Sequence record: SRR22947727_980
DNA length: 53,108 nucleotides
Strand: one strand, 5' to 3'
Shown here: piece after piece, positions 39,529-48,848 of the stretch
Position numbering within the stretch: position 1 is the first letter of the stretch
Layout: the number at the start of each line of letters is the position of its first letter
Position numbers and translations under genes: made by a program
The notes under the pieces: generated by a model
Seen by the model: the letters and a program-made list of their open reading frames with translations, nothing else
Database searches by the model: none
What the model was told of the DNA's origin: nothing

Positions 39529-40623
39529 TTGAATTTTATAAAAAAAATATTAATTCAAACAATCCTGATGATTACCATATTTCCTCAGTTCTTAAGCGCT
39601 CAAGATGAAGTAACTAGCACCAGTTTTTCTGATATGAGCATAGTAAATAAAAAAATTTCATCAAATATTTCTATTGCTGACTTGGTTGAAAAAGTAAGCC
39701 CATCTGTTGTTAATATAACTGTGTCTTACGGTTCAAATTCACCACAATTATTTGGATATGGTTCGGGTTTTATTATTTCAGCTAGAAAAGAAGTTATTAC
39801 CAATTTTCACCTTATTGATAACGTTGATAAAATTGAAATTGAGCTTAATGATGGAAAAATATACCCAGCTTCAATAATAGGTGCTGATGCGGAGACTGAT
39901 TTAGCACTACTTCGTTTGGAAACCAATATATCTATTCCATATTTGAGCTTAGCTGAAAATAAAAGAAATAGAGTTGGTGATTGGGTTTTTGCAATAGGAA
40001 ATCCATACGGAATGGGCCAATCGGTAAGTTTAGGTATAATTTCCGCAATTGGTAGGGCAAGAAAGGATGGTGGCTCGTATATTGATTATATTCAGACTGA
40101 TACAAGCATTAATAAAGGTAACTCGGGTGGCCCATTATTCAATTTGAGGGGCGAGGTTATTGGAGTGAATTCTGCTATATATTCACCAACCGGGGCAAAT
40201 ATTGGGATTGCATTTGTAATACCACTAAAAGTTGTAATGAATGTAATTACAGGACTTCGTAATGACGGCCGAATGAAACGAGGCTATATAGGAGTAATTC
40301 TTAAAACTGAAGAATTTCAGGTGGAGGATGAGAATCCTATTTATTCTTTGAATTCCGTTTATGGAGCTACAATTAAAAAAATTGTACCTAATAGTCCTTC
40401 ACATTTCTATGGTTTAATGGAGAAGGATATTATACTTGATATAAATGGAAGCACTATTCGAAACTCTACTCAAGCTACTCGCGCCATAGGTGCTCTGAAA
40501 CCTGGTGAATTTGCGAATTTAATTATAAGGCGAAGAAACAAAACTTATAAATTTGAGATAATGATTGGAGAACGCCCAAATAAAGGTGAACTAGAAGTTA
40601 TTAACAAAGAATTTAATGATTAG
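39529..40623 (+). CDS. HtrA/DegP-family serine protease with one PDZ domain
   Basis: TTG start after AAGGAGG; signal peptide; triad TNFH, TDLAL, GNSGGPL; C-terminal PDZ. Confidence 0.9.
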   Translation: MNFIKKILIQTILMITIFPQFLSAQDEVTSTSFSDMSIVNKKISSNISIADLVEKVSPSVVNITVSYGSNSPQLFGYGSGFIISARKEVITNFHLIDNVDKIEIELNDGKIYPASIIGADAETDLALLRLETNISIPYLSLAENKRNRVGDWVFAIGNPYGMGQSVSLGIISAIGRARKDGGSYIDYIQTDTSINKGNSGGPLFNLRGEVIGVNSAIYSPTGANIGIAFVIPLKVVMNVITGLRNDGRMKRGYIGVILKTEEFQVEDENPIYSLNSVYGATIKKIVPNSPSHFYGLMEKDIILDINGSTIRNSTQATRAIGALKPGEFANLIIRRRNKTYKFEIMIGERPNKGELEVINKEFND

Positions 40624-40668
40624 AAATTTGTATACATTCAAATGATAAGTTGATTTTAGGAGGTCTAA

Positions 40669-41340
40669 ATGAGAATATTAGTTATTGAGGATGACAAAGT
40701 TGCTGCTGAATATGTCCGAAAGGGCTTAATGGAGGCAGGACATGTAATTGACATAGCCAATGATGGGGATCTGGGTTTAGAAATGGCACAGGCCACAGAT
40801 TATGATGTATTGGTTATCGATCGAATGCTACCAAAGATGAATGGTTTAGATGTATTAAAAGGCTTGCGGGCTAGTAAAGATACAACCCCAGTTTTAATTC
40901 TTTCCGCACTTGGCGAAGTGGATCATAGAGTTGAAGGATTGAGAGCTGGAGGTGATGATTATCTTGTTAAGCCATATTCATTTACGGAGCTTTTGGCGCG
41001 CATTGAAGCTATAGGTCGTAGAAATGACCCCTCTGGAGTAGTTGCAAATCTTAAAATAGGCGAACTTGAAATGAATCTTTTATCAAGAACTGTCAAAAGA
41101 AATGGAAAAAAAATATTACTTCAGCCTAGAGAGTTTCGTTTATTGGAATGTTTAATGAGAAATTCTGGGAGGGTTGTAACAAGAACAATGTTATTGGAAA
41201 AAGTTTGGGATTATCATTTTGACCCACAGACTAATGTTATAGACGTCCACATCTCCAGACTAAGAGCTAAAATTGATAAGGATTTTGCTGTACCATTGTT
41301 ACATACCGTGAGAGGAGCTGGTTATTGCTTGCAGGAATAA
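40669..41340 (+). CDS. OmpR-family response regulator
   Basis: IEDD, DRMLP, DDYLVKP, winged-helix IDVHISRLR...TVRGAGY. Confidence 0.95.
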   Translation: MRILVIEDDKVAAEYVRKGLMEAGHVIDIANDGDLGLEMAQATDYDVLVIDRMLPKMNGLDVLKGLRASKDTTPVLILSALGEVDHRVEGLRAGGDDYLVKPYSFTELLARIEAIGRRNDPSGVVANLKIGELEMNLLSRTVKRNGKKILLQPREFRLLECLMRNSGRVVTRTMLLEKVWDYHFDPQTNVIDVHISRLRAKIDKDFAVPLLHTVRGAGYCLQE

Positions 41341-41366
41341 TAGATTGCTAATAACTATCCTTTCTT

Positions 41367-42809
41367 ATGATTACAAACTTTAGTAAAATATATAAAAATA
41401 CACTTTTCAGATATTCTTTGTTAGGTGCTTTATTGTTTGTTTTATCTTTAATGATAGTGGCTGTTTCTGTATACTATGCAACTGTTACATCTGAGTTAAA
41501 TCGAGTAGATAAACTTGTAGAAACGGAACATTCTGAAATTCAGAAAATATATGATGAAAATGGTTTTCAAGCAGTAGAGCGTGAAGTTACTTTACGTACT
41601 GCTTCTAGCGAGGGTCTTTATGGTTTAGTTAACAAACGTGTTGCTATAGGTAATTTATTTTTTCAGGAGGTTACTAAAGAAGACGGTGAATTACCTTTGT
41701 TAACTGGCCTTGAACCTAATGAGTTTAATAAAGTAGCTTTTTTATATAGTAATCCACATAGTGAAGAAAATGATTTTAAGGATAGACGCGCTAGGGCATT
41801 GGTGGGGCCAATAAGAACTGAAAATGGTGTAGCTGCAATTTTGGTTGTTGGTCGCGATGTTGAAGGTACTATGAGAACAGGGCTTAAAGTAAGAAATGCT
41901 ATTTTTATCTCCTCACATATAGCATTGATTTTAGGTTTGATATCGAGTTGGTTTCTCTCAAAACGATTTACGCGCCGGGTTGATGCTTTTAATAAATTAG
42001 CTGATGATGTACGATTAGGAAATTTAGAGAGACGTGCGCCAAGAAATTACTCACATGACGAAATGGATATGTTGGCTGAACATTTAAACGGTATGCTTGA
42101 CCATATTGAACGTTTAATGAAGTCAATGAAATATGCTGGTGATAGTGTAGCGCATGATCTTAGAACTCCATTAACTCGATTAAGAACAAGATTGGAAAGT
42201 GCTGCTATTAAAAGGGAAAATACCGAAGACGCAGAGGTATTTTTTTCTGCCGCTGAAGATGCCAATGACTTATTAAAAACATTTGATAGCATTTTACGAA
42301 TATCTAGACTTGTAACCGGTGAGAAAAGAGAATTGTTAATTAATATTGACCCTAAAACTCTCCTTGATGATCTTGCTGATTTATATGAACCTTCGTGTGA
42401 AAGTGCTGGTTTGGAATTTATTGCAATCACCCCTAAAGGGCATATTATTAAAGCTGATAGAGGACTAATGTCACAAGCTGTCTCAAATTTAATTGAAAAT
42501 GCGATAAAATATACACCAAAAGGTGGGAAAGTGAAACTTGAGTTGTTAAAAACAAGCAAAGGATTAGTTGAGATATCTATATGTGATAATGGACCAGGTA
42601 TTCCGCTTGCAGACAGAGAACGTGTTAAAAGTCGTTTTGTAAGGTTAGATAAAAGTCGTACTCAGCCGGGTAATGGACTAGGCTTATCGCTAGTTGATGC
42701 TGTTGCTCATTTCCATAATGCTGATTTTATTTTGAGCAGCATCGATAATCATAATACTAAAAGACCTGGCCTGAGAGCGGCAATTATTTTCCCGAAAAAG
42801 AATATTTAA
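41367..42809 (+). CDS. Sensor histidine kinase (2 TM, HAMP, HisKA, HATPase)
   Basis: AHDLRTPL H-box, NLIENAIKY, DNGPGI, GLGL. Confidence 0.95.
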   Translation: MITNFSKIYKNTLFRYSLLGALLFVLSLMIVAVSVYYATVTSELNRVDKLVETEHSEIQKIYDENGFQAVEREVTLRTASSEGLYGLVNKRVAIGNLFFQEVTKEDGELPLLTGLEPNEFNKVAFLYSNPHSEENDFKDRRARALVGPIRTENGVAAILVVGRDVEGTMRTGLKVRNAIFISSHIALILGLISSWFLSKRFTRRVDAFNKLADDVRLGNLERRAPRNYSHDEMDMLAEHLNGMLDHIERLMKSMKYAGDSVAHDLRTPLTRLRTRLESAAIKRENTEDAEVFFSAAEDANDLLKTFDSILRISRLVTGEKRELLINIDPKTLLDDLADLYEPSCESAGLEFIAITPKGHIIKADRGLMSQAVSNLIENAIKYTPKGGKVKLELLKTSKGLVEISICDNGPGIPLADRERVKSRFVRLDKSRTQPGNGLGLSLVDAVAHFHNADFILSSIDNHNTKRPGLRAAIIFPKKNI

Positions 42810-42855
42810 TAAGTGGTTCAGTTCAATCGTTAAAAATTATATTAAAGTACTAATT

Positions 42856-45447
42856 TTAACCTAGTATTTTTAAAGTTATTTCTAGAATATTATTAGAGGG
42901 ATTAGCATTTATTACAGTTTTAAGTAAAGATTTAATTGTATTCTGACGGTCATTATCTAATTTTTCTACGACTTCAAAAACACCTAAAAGTCTAGATGCT
43001 ATTGATGGATTTACTTTATCTAATCTTAAAATCTGATTGATAAAAAATTCATACCCACTCCCGTCTTTACTGTGAAAAATAAAAGTATTTTCGACAGAAA
43101 AACTTCCTAGCACAGCTCTTACGCGATTGGGGTTTGTTATTTGAAATAACTCATGCTGAATTAAATTTTTGATCGCATTCAATCCACTTCTGTGGTTTCT
43201 GCTTGCTTGTAATGAAAACCATTTATCAATTACTAAGGGGTTGTTTTTCCATTTATTATAAAACAAATTGATTGGTTCGTTTGCTAATTCTTCATCTAGG
43301 TTATTTAAGGAGATTAATGAAGAAAGTTCATCAGTCATATTATTTGCCTCATGAAATTGTTTGATTGCAAAGTCTTTAGTGACTGGGTCACGCCTTGACG
43401 CTAGTAAATACAAACAAGTATTTTTAAGTGCACGATCACTGATTGAAGAAATACCATTTTTAGTTAGATTATTCTTATTAAGCCTTTGATAGGTAGATAC
43501 TAATTCTTCGCGTGATGAGTCTGCTATTTCTTTGTTTAGCCAATTACTTGCTAATTGCACAGCAATTGGATCTAATTTCGTATTTGCATTTAAAATCTCA
43601 TTTTGATTAGGTATAGTTAGTGAAAGGGATTTAAATGCATTATCTAGATTATTGTTACTCAGAATATTTTTGAGAGTAGAGGTATAACTGCCTAAAGATT
43701 TACTTTGATAAGGTCTACGGTTATCTAAGATTAGTTTTGATGCATTACCAATAAGTATTCGTGATATAATTTGTCCAGATTCCCAACGATTAAATTCATT
43801 TTCATCGTTCTTCATAAGACGAAGAGTATCATTGATATTTTGTTTAAAATATAAATTTACTGGAGCAGAAAAATCTTGAAGAATAGATATACTAAACTCT
43901 TTATTCGGATAATCTACTACGACTGTTTTAGATAAGCTATCAAGTATAGTTATTTTTTGTTTTAAAATTGGCCCTTCATTTCCAATAATTTGCCATTTGA
44001 TAGGAATGACTTGTGGTTTCTTATCTTTTTCGGTGTGATTAGATAGTAAAATTTGATTAAAGGTTAATTCAAGTTTATCTTTATTCTTTAAGTATGAAAC
44101 ATGAATTTGCGGCGTTCCAGATTGGCTATACCATAATAAGAATTGCTCAAGATTTGTATTTGAAGCTTCTTCAAAGCATTCAATAAATTCTTCAATAGTT
44201 GCAGCTCGGCCATCGAGTTTTTTAAAGTAAAGGTTGCAACCCTCGCGGAAATTATCTGGTCCTAATAATGTTTTAAGCATACGAATAATTTCAGCCCCTT
44301 TTTCATAGACCGTAGATGTATAAAAGTTATCAATTTTTATATAACTTTCTGGTCTTACAGCATGAGCTAATGGTCCAGAATCTTCAGAAAATTGAAATTT
44401 ACGTAATCTTTTAACATCTTTGATCCGTTGAACGGATGCGCCTCTCATATCTGCAGAGAACTCTTGATCACGAAAAACGGTAAAGCCCTCTTTAAGGCAA
44501 AGTTGGAACCAATCACGACAAGTTATTCTGTTTCCAGTCCAATTGTGAAAGTACTCGTGAGCAACTATTGATTCTATCCTTTCATAATTTAAATCAGTAG
44601 TAGTTTTTGCATCGGCTAATAGTAGAGATGAATTAAAGATATTTAATCCTTTGTTTTCCATTGCTCCAAAATTAAAATCTCTAATGGCAACAATCATAAA
44701 CCTATCTAAATCATATTCACGTCCAAAATTATCTTCATCCCATTTCATCGCCTTTATAAGACTTTTCATTGCGAATTCAGCTTGATGTGATAACCCAGTA
44801 TCTACATATATACTCAACAGTATTTTACGATTATTCATTGTTGTAAAAGAGTTTTCTAAAACATCGAAGTTCCCAGCTATTAGTGCAAATAAATATGCAG
44901 GCTTTGGAAATGGATCTTCCCATATTGCAAAGTGTTGACCTTTAGGCAGCTCACCACTTTCAACCATATTTCCATTTGCAAGAAGATAGGGGTAATTATT
45001 TTTATTGGCAGTTATTTTAACTTTGAAAGTGGATAATATATCTGGGCGATCGAGATAGTATGTAATTCTACGAAATCCCTCTGCTTCGCACTGAGTACAG
45101 AATTTATTGTCGGATAGATATAGTCCCATTAAACCAGTATTAATTGAAGGGTTAATTGTATTAATTAATTCGAGAGAAAATTCATCTGGTATATTAATAA
45201 TTGTAAGTTGAGAGCTCTCTATTTTATAGAACTCTTTCTTGAGGGGTTTATTATTTACTTTTATTGATATGAGTTCAATGTCTTCACCGTCAAGAACAAG
45301 GGGACCTTTAGACACACGTGAAATTTTCATTGTATTTTTTACGATTGTGCATGTTTGATCTAGCTGAAAGTCTAGATAAACTTTATCAACTCTAAAATTG
45401 GGGGGGGTATAATCGACTAAATTAGTTGCTTCAGGTGATAAGTTCAT
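42856..45447 (-). CDS. pepN: Aminopeptidase N (M1 family)
   Basis: TQCEAEGFR, GAMEN, HEYFH...LKEG, YEKGAE, NPNRVRA. Confidence 0.97.
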   Translation of the reverse strand: MNLSPEATNLVDYTPPNFRVDKVYLDFQLDQTCTIVKNTMKISRVSKGPLVLDGEDIELISIKVNNKPLKKEFYKIESSQLTIINIPDEFSLELINTINPSINTGLMGLYLSDNKFCTQCEAEGFRRITYYLDRPDILSTFKVKITANKNNYPYLLANGNMVESGELPKGQHFAIWEDPFPKPAYLFALIAGNFDVLENSFTTMNNRKILLSIYVDTGLSHQAEFAMKSLIKAMKWDEDNFGREYDLDRFMIVAIRDFNFGAMENKGLNIFNSSLLLADAKTTTDLNYERIESIVAHEYFHNWTGNRITCRDWFQLCLKEGFTVFRDQEFSADMRGASVQRIKDVKRLRKFQFSEDSGPLAHAVRPESYIKIDNFYTSTVYEKGAEIIRMLKTLLGPDNFREGCNLYFKKLDGRAATIEEFIECFEEASNTNLEQFLLWYSQSGTPQIHVSYLKNKDKLELTFNQILLSNHTEKDKKPQVIPIKWQIIGNEGPILKQKITILDSLSKTVVVDYPNKEFSISILQDFSAPVNLYFKQNINDTLRLMKNDENEFNRWESGQIISRILIGNASKLILDNRRPYQSKSLGSYTSTLKNILSNNNLDNAFKSLSLTIPNQNEILNANTKLDPIAVQLASNWLNKEIADSSREELVSTYQRLNKNNLTKNGISSISDRALKNTCLYLLASRRDPVTKDFAIKQFHEANNMTDELSSLISLNNLDEELANEPINLFYNKWKNNPLVIDKWFSLQASRNHRSGLNAIKNLIQHELFQITNPNRVRAVLGSFSVENTFIFHSKDGSGYEFFINQILRLDKVNPSIASRLLGVFEVVEKLDNDRQNTIKSLLKTVINANPSNNILEITLKILG

Positions 45448-45575
45448 TTGTATTTTAAATCCTTATTGAGTCTCTTTATTTGCTGAACTGGAATGCAAAT
45501 ACAAGAAAGATTTTATTCTTGCCTTTTGCTGACTATTCGCTACTGCCACGCGCATAGGATTAAGGTTTATAAATT

Positions 45576-47435
45576 ATGACAGATAGTATTCAAACACTAC
45601 GAAATGTTGCGATTGTTGCTCATGTTGATCATGGTAAAACTACTTTGGTTGATAAGATGCTTAGACAATCAGGTACACTTGATGAACGTGGAGAACGTGA
45701 AGAAAGAGTTATGGACAGCAATGATATTGAAAAAGAACGTGGAATTACAATACTTGCAAAAAATACAGCAATACGATGGCATAATAAAAAAGATAAAACC
45801 GATTGGCGCATTAATATTGTGGATACTCCTGGGCATGCTGATTTTGGTGGGGAAGTAGAACGAGTGCTTTCAATGGTTGATTCGGTTGTATTATTGGTTG
45901 ATGCTGTTGAGGGCCCTATGCCACAAACGACCTTTGTTACAAAAAAAGCACTTGCGCAGGGCCTGAAGCCAATTGTCGTCGTTAATAAGATTGATAGGAA
46001 TGGCGCTCGGCCCGATTGGGCAGTAGATCAAACATTTGATTTGTTTGACAGGTTAGGCGCTTCTGATGATCAACTAGACTTTCCAGTTGTTTATGCTTCT
46101 GCTTTAAATGGTTGGGCTTCGTATACTGCTGAAAATATTGACGGGGATATGACTGCTTTATTTGAGGCTATTATAAATCATGCACCGGTACCAGATGTTG
46201 ATCCAGATGGTGACCTACAACTTCAGGTATCTGCCCTCGATTACAATAGTTATACTGGTGTTATAGGAATTGGTAGAGTAGTTCGCGGTACATTGAAAAA
46301 AAATCAAACTGTTGTTGTCTCTAAACCTGACTCTTCAGTACGAAAGGCTAGAGTTGCATCTCTCTTTGGTTTTATGGGACTTGAAAGAGTAGAAACTGAT
46401 TTTGTCTCTGCAGGTGATATTTGTTGTTTTACAGGTATAGATAAGCTTGAGATTTCAGATATGATTTGTGATCCAGAGAATATTGAAAATCTACCTCCAT
46501 TGAGTGTAGATGAGCCAACAATATCTATGACTTTTCAAGTTAATGACTCGCCATTTGCAGGGCGGGATGGTAAATACGTTACTTCAAGAAATATAAACGA
46601 TCGTCTGAAAAAAGAGTTAATTCATAATGTTGCATTACGAGTTACTCAATTAGAGGAAGCTGATAAATTCCGTGTTTCAGGTAGAGGTGAACTTCATTTA
46701 TCCATTCTTATTGAAAACATGCGTAGAGAAGGATATGAGTTGGCTATCTCTAGACCCCAAGTTATAAATAAAGAGATTGATGGTATTTTATGTGAGCCAT
46801 GGGAAATACTTACTATTGATGTTGAGTTAGATCACCAAGGCTCAATTATGGAAAAGCTCGGTGAGCGTAAAGGAATGCTTAAAGATATGGTTTCTGATGG
46901 TAAAGGAAGGGTGCGTTTAGATTATGAGATTCCAACGAGAGGTTTGATAGGTTTTAGATCTGAATTTTTAACATTAACGTCAGGTACAGGTCTACTCTAT
47001 CATAATTTTGATACTTATAAACCTAGAACGAATGCTGGCATAGGGCGAAGACAAAAGGGAGTTTTAGTTTCTAAGGATTCTGGGAAAGCTGCTGGCTTTG
47101 CTTTATGGAATCTACAAGAGCGCGGTAAAATGTTTATAAGCCATGCTGAAGAGGTTTATGAGGGAATGATTGTTGGGATAAATTCTCGTGATAACGATTT
47201 AGTTGTCAATCCTCTAAAAGGAAAGCAACTCACCAATGTAAGAGCTTCAGGTACAGATGAGGCAGTGGTGTTAACGACGCCGATTAATGTTACATTAGAA
47301 TATGCCTTGGAGTTTATTAATGATGATGAATTGGTTGAGGTAACTCCTAACAATATAAGAATACGAAAGCGTTATTTGTTAGAGCATGAACGTAAAAAAG
47401 AGTCCCGTAGAATAGAAGCTATGTCTGAAGGTTAA
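45576..47435 (+). CDS. typA: Translational GTPase TypA/BipA
   Basis: AHVDHGKTT, RGITI, DTPGHADF, NKID, GRGELHL, KQLTNVRASG, ELVEVTP. Confidence 0.97.
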   Translation: MTDSIQTLRNVAIVAHVDHGKTTLVDKMLRQSGTLDERGEREERVMDSNDIEKERGITILAKNTAIRWHNKKDKTDWRINIVDTPGHADFGGEVERVLSMVDSVVLLVDAVEGPMPQTTFVTKKALAQGLKPIVVVNKIDRNGARPDWAVDQTFDLFDRLGASDDQLDFPVVYASALNGWASYTAENIDGDMTALFEAIINHAPVPDVDPDGDLQLQVSALDYNSYTGVIGIGRVVRGTLKKNQTVVVSKPDSSVRKARVASLFGFMGLERVETDFVSAGDICCFTGIDKLEISDMICDPENIENLPPLSVDEPTISMTFQVNDSPFAGRDGKYVTSRNINDRLKKELIHNVALRVTQLEEADKFRVSGRGELHLSILIENMRREGYELAISRPQVINKEIDGILCEPWEILTIDVELDHQGSIMEKLGERKGMLKDMVSDGKGRVRLDYEIPTRGLIGFRSEFLTLTSGTGLLYHNFDTYKPRTNAGIGRRQKGVLVSKDSGKAAGFALWNLQERGKMFISHAEEVYEGMIVGINSRDNDLVVNPLKGKQLTNVRASGTDEAVVLTTPINVTLEYALEFINDDELVEVTPNNIRIRKRYLLEHERKKESRRIEAMSEG

Positions 47436-47522
47436 TTTTTTAGATTTTTCTATATAAATGCAAACTAAGTTTGTCTAAAATCCGTAATATGAAGTGTATT
47501 ATTATTTAATTGCGGATTATGC

Positions 47523-48185
47523 ATGACTTTTGGAAATGAAACTGTAACTATCGGCAGTATGTCAGATAGTGAATCAAAAACATATTCAGACTCAAGACGC
47601 GCTTCTCCCAAGAGCATGAGTGCCGCTAAAAGAGATGCCCACTGGTTATATTCAATAGCAAATAAACAAGATGCAAGAGCGCTTTCTGAATTATTTGAAA
47701 TTTATGGACCAAAATTGAAAGGCTGGCTTATGGCCAGAGGAGTCGGTAACGGCACTGCCGAAGATATAGTTCAAGATGTGATGATCAAAGTTTGGACTAA
47801 AGCAGGTAGTTTTGATCCTACAAAAGCGAGTTTCGCTACTTGGGTCTATCGCATGACAAGAAACCGTTGGATTGACCACAAAAGAAAGCATGGAAGAATG
47901 GATGTTAGGGATCCTGACCTAATGAAAATCATTGCCGATGATGAAGTTCAATCTGCCGAAGTCAACTTTATGGCTCAACAGAACTCCGATATTTTAAAAG
48001 AACAGATCTCTCGTTTAACCAAGGCGCAACAGATGGCAATTCGAATGGCCTTCATGGAATATAAAACACATAAAGAGATTTCTGAGGAGACAGGTTTGCC
48101 CTTAGGGACAGTTAAAACACGTATCAGAAGTGCTATTCAAGCTTTAAAGGCGAATATGGCAAAACATATAGGTCAAATACAATGA
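47523..48185 (+). CDS. rpoE: ECF sigma factor, RpoE of the RpoE-ChrR type
   Basis: Region 2 (EDIVQDV..KVW, TWVYRMTRNRWID) and region 4 (PLGTVKTRIR); coupled to chrR by ATGA overlap. Exact start uncertain. Confidence 0.88.
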   Translation: MTFGNETVTIGSMSDSESKTYSDSRRASPKSMSAAKRDAHWLYSIANKQDARALSELFEIYGPKLKGWLMARGVGNGTAEDIVQDVMIKVWTKAGSFDPTKASFATWVYRMTRNRWIDHKRKHGRMDVRDPDLMKIIADDEVQSAEVNFMAQQNSDILKEQISRLTKAQQMAIRMAFMEYKTHKEISEETGLPLGTVKTRIRSAIQALKANMAKHIGQIQ

Positions 48186-48847
48186 CATTCTCAGTTGATA
48201 AAAAAATAAAGATTTCAGAAGATATAATTACTGAATACGCAGCAGGTAATCTTAGCCCAGCTAAGCACACTGTTGTGGCATGTCAGAGCGAGATATGTGA
48301 AGAAGTTTCAAGCCGTATAATGTTTCAAGAGCAAATTGCAGCGTCTATGATTGAAGAGGTCCAAACTAAAATCCTTTCTCCCCTTTTCATGGGAAACGTT
48401 TTGGCAAATTTGCCTCCTCAAGACAAATTTTCATCTAATAATACTAATATCGAAAATAACTCTCCACGAACACTTAGCCATCTTTTAGGGTGTGGGTTAA
48501 ATGAAATGAAGTGGAAATCACTAATACCTGGTGTGGCTGTTCATGATATATTAGGTAATAGACATACTAAAGATGGTGATAGGCTATACCTTTTGAAGGC
48601 TAAAGGTGGAATGCAAATGCCTAATCATGGCCATAATGGGGAAGAGTGGACACTTATTCTAAAAGGCAGTTACAATGTTGGTGATAAAACTTTTGTCCGA
48701 GGCGATCTACACATTGAAGATGAAGATGAGATACATAGCCCCCATATTAACGAAGGTGAGGACTGTATTTGCTTGGTTATGACTCAAGGTCCACTAAAAA
48801 TGAAAGGTTGGCTTCCTCGGTTAGTTCAACCTTTAGTAGGTATTTAG
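48182..48847 (+). CDS. chrR: ChrR-family anti-sigma factor (anti-sigma domain plus cupin)
   Basis: EYAAGNL N-terminal motif; cupin PNHGHNGEEWTLILKG...HSP...CICL. Confidence 0.88.
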   Translation: MTFSVDKKIKISEDIITEYAAGNLSPAKHTVVACQSEICEEVSSRIMFQEQIAASMIEEVQTKILSPLFMGNVLANLPPQDKFSSNNTNIENNSPRTLSHLLGCGLNEMKWKSLIPGVAVHDILGNRHTKDGDRLYLLKAKGGMQMPNHGHNGEEWTLILKGSYNVGDKTFVRGDLHIEDEDEIHSPHINEGEDCICLVMTQGPLKMKGWLPRLVQPLVGI

Positions 48848-48848
48848 C

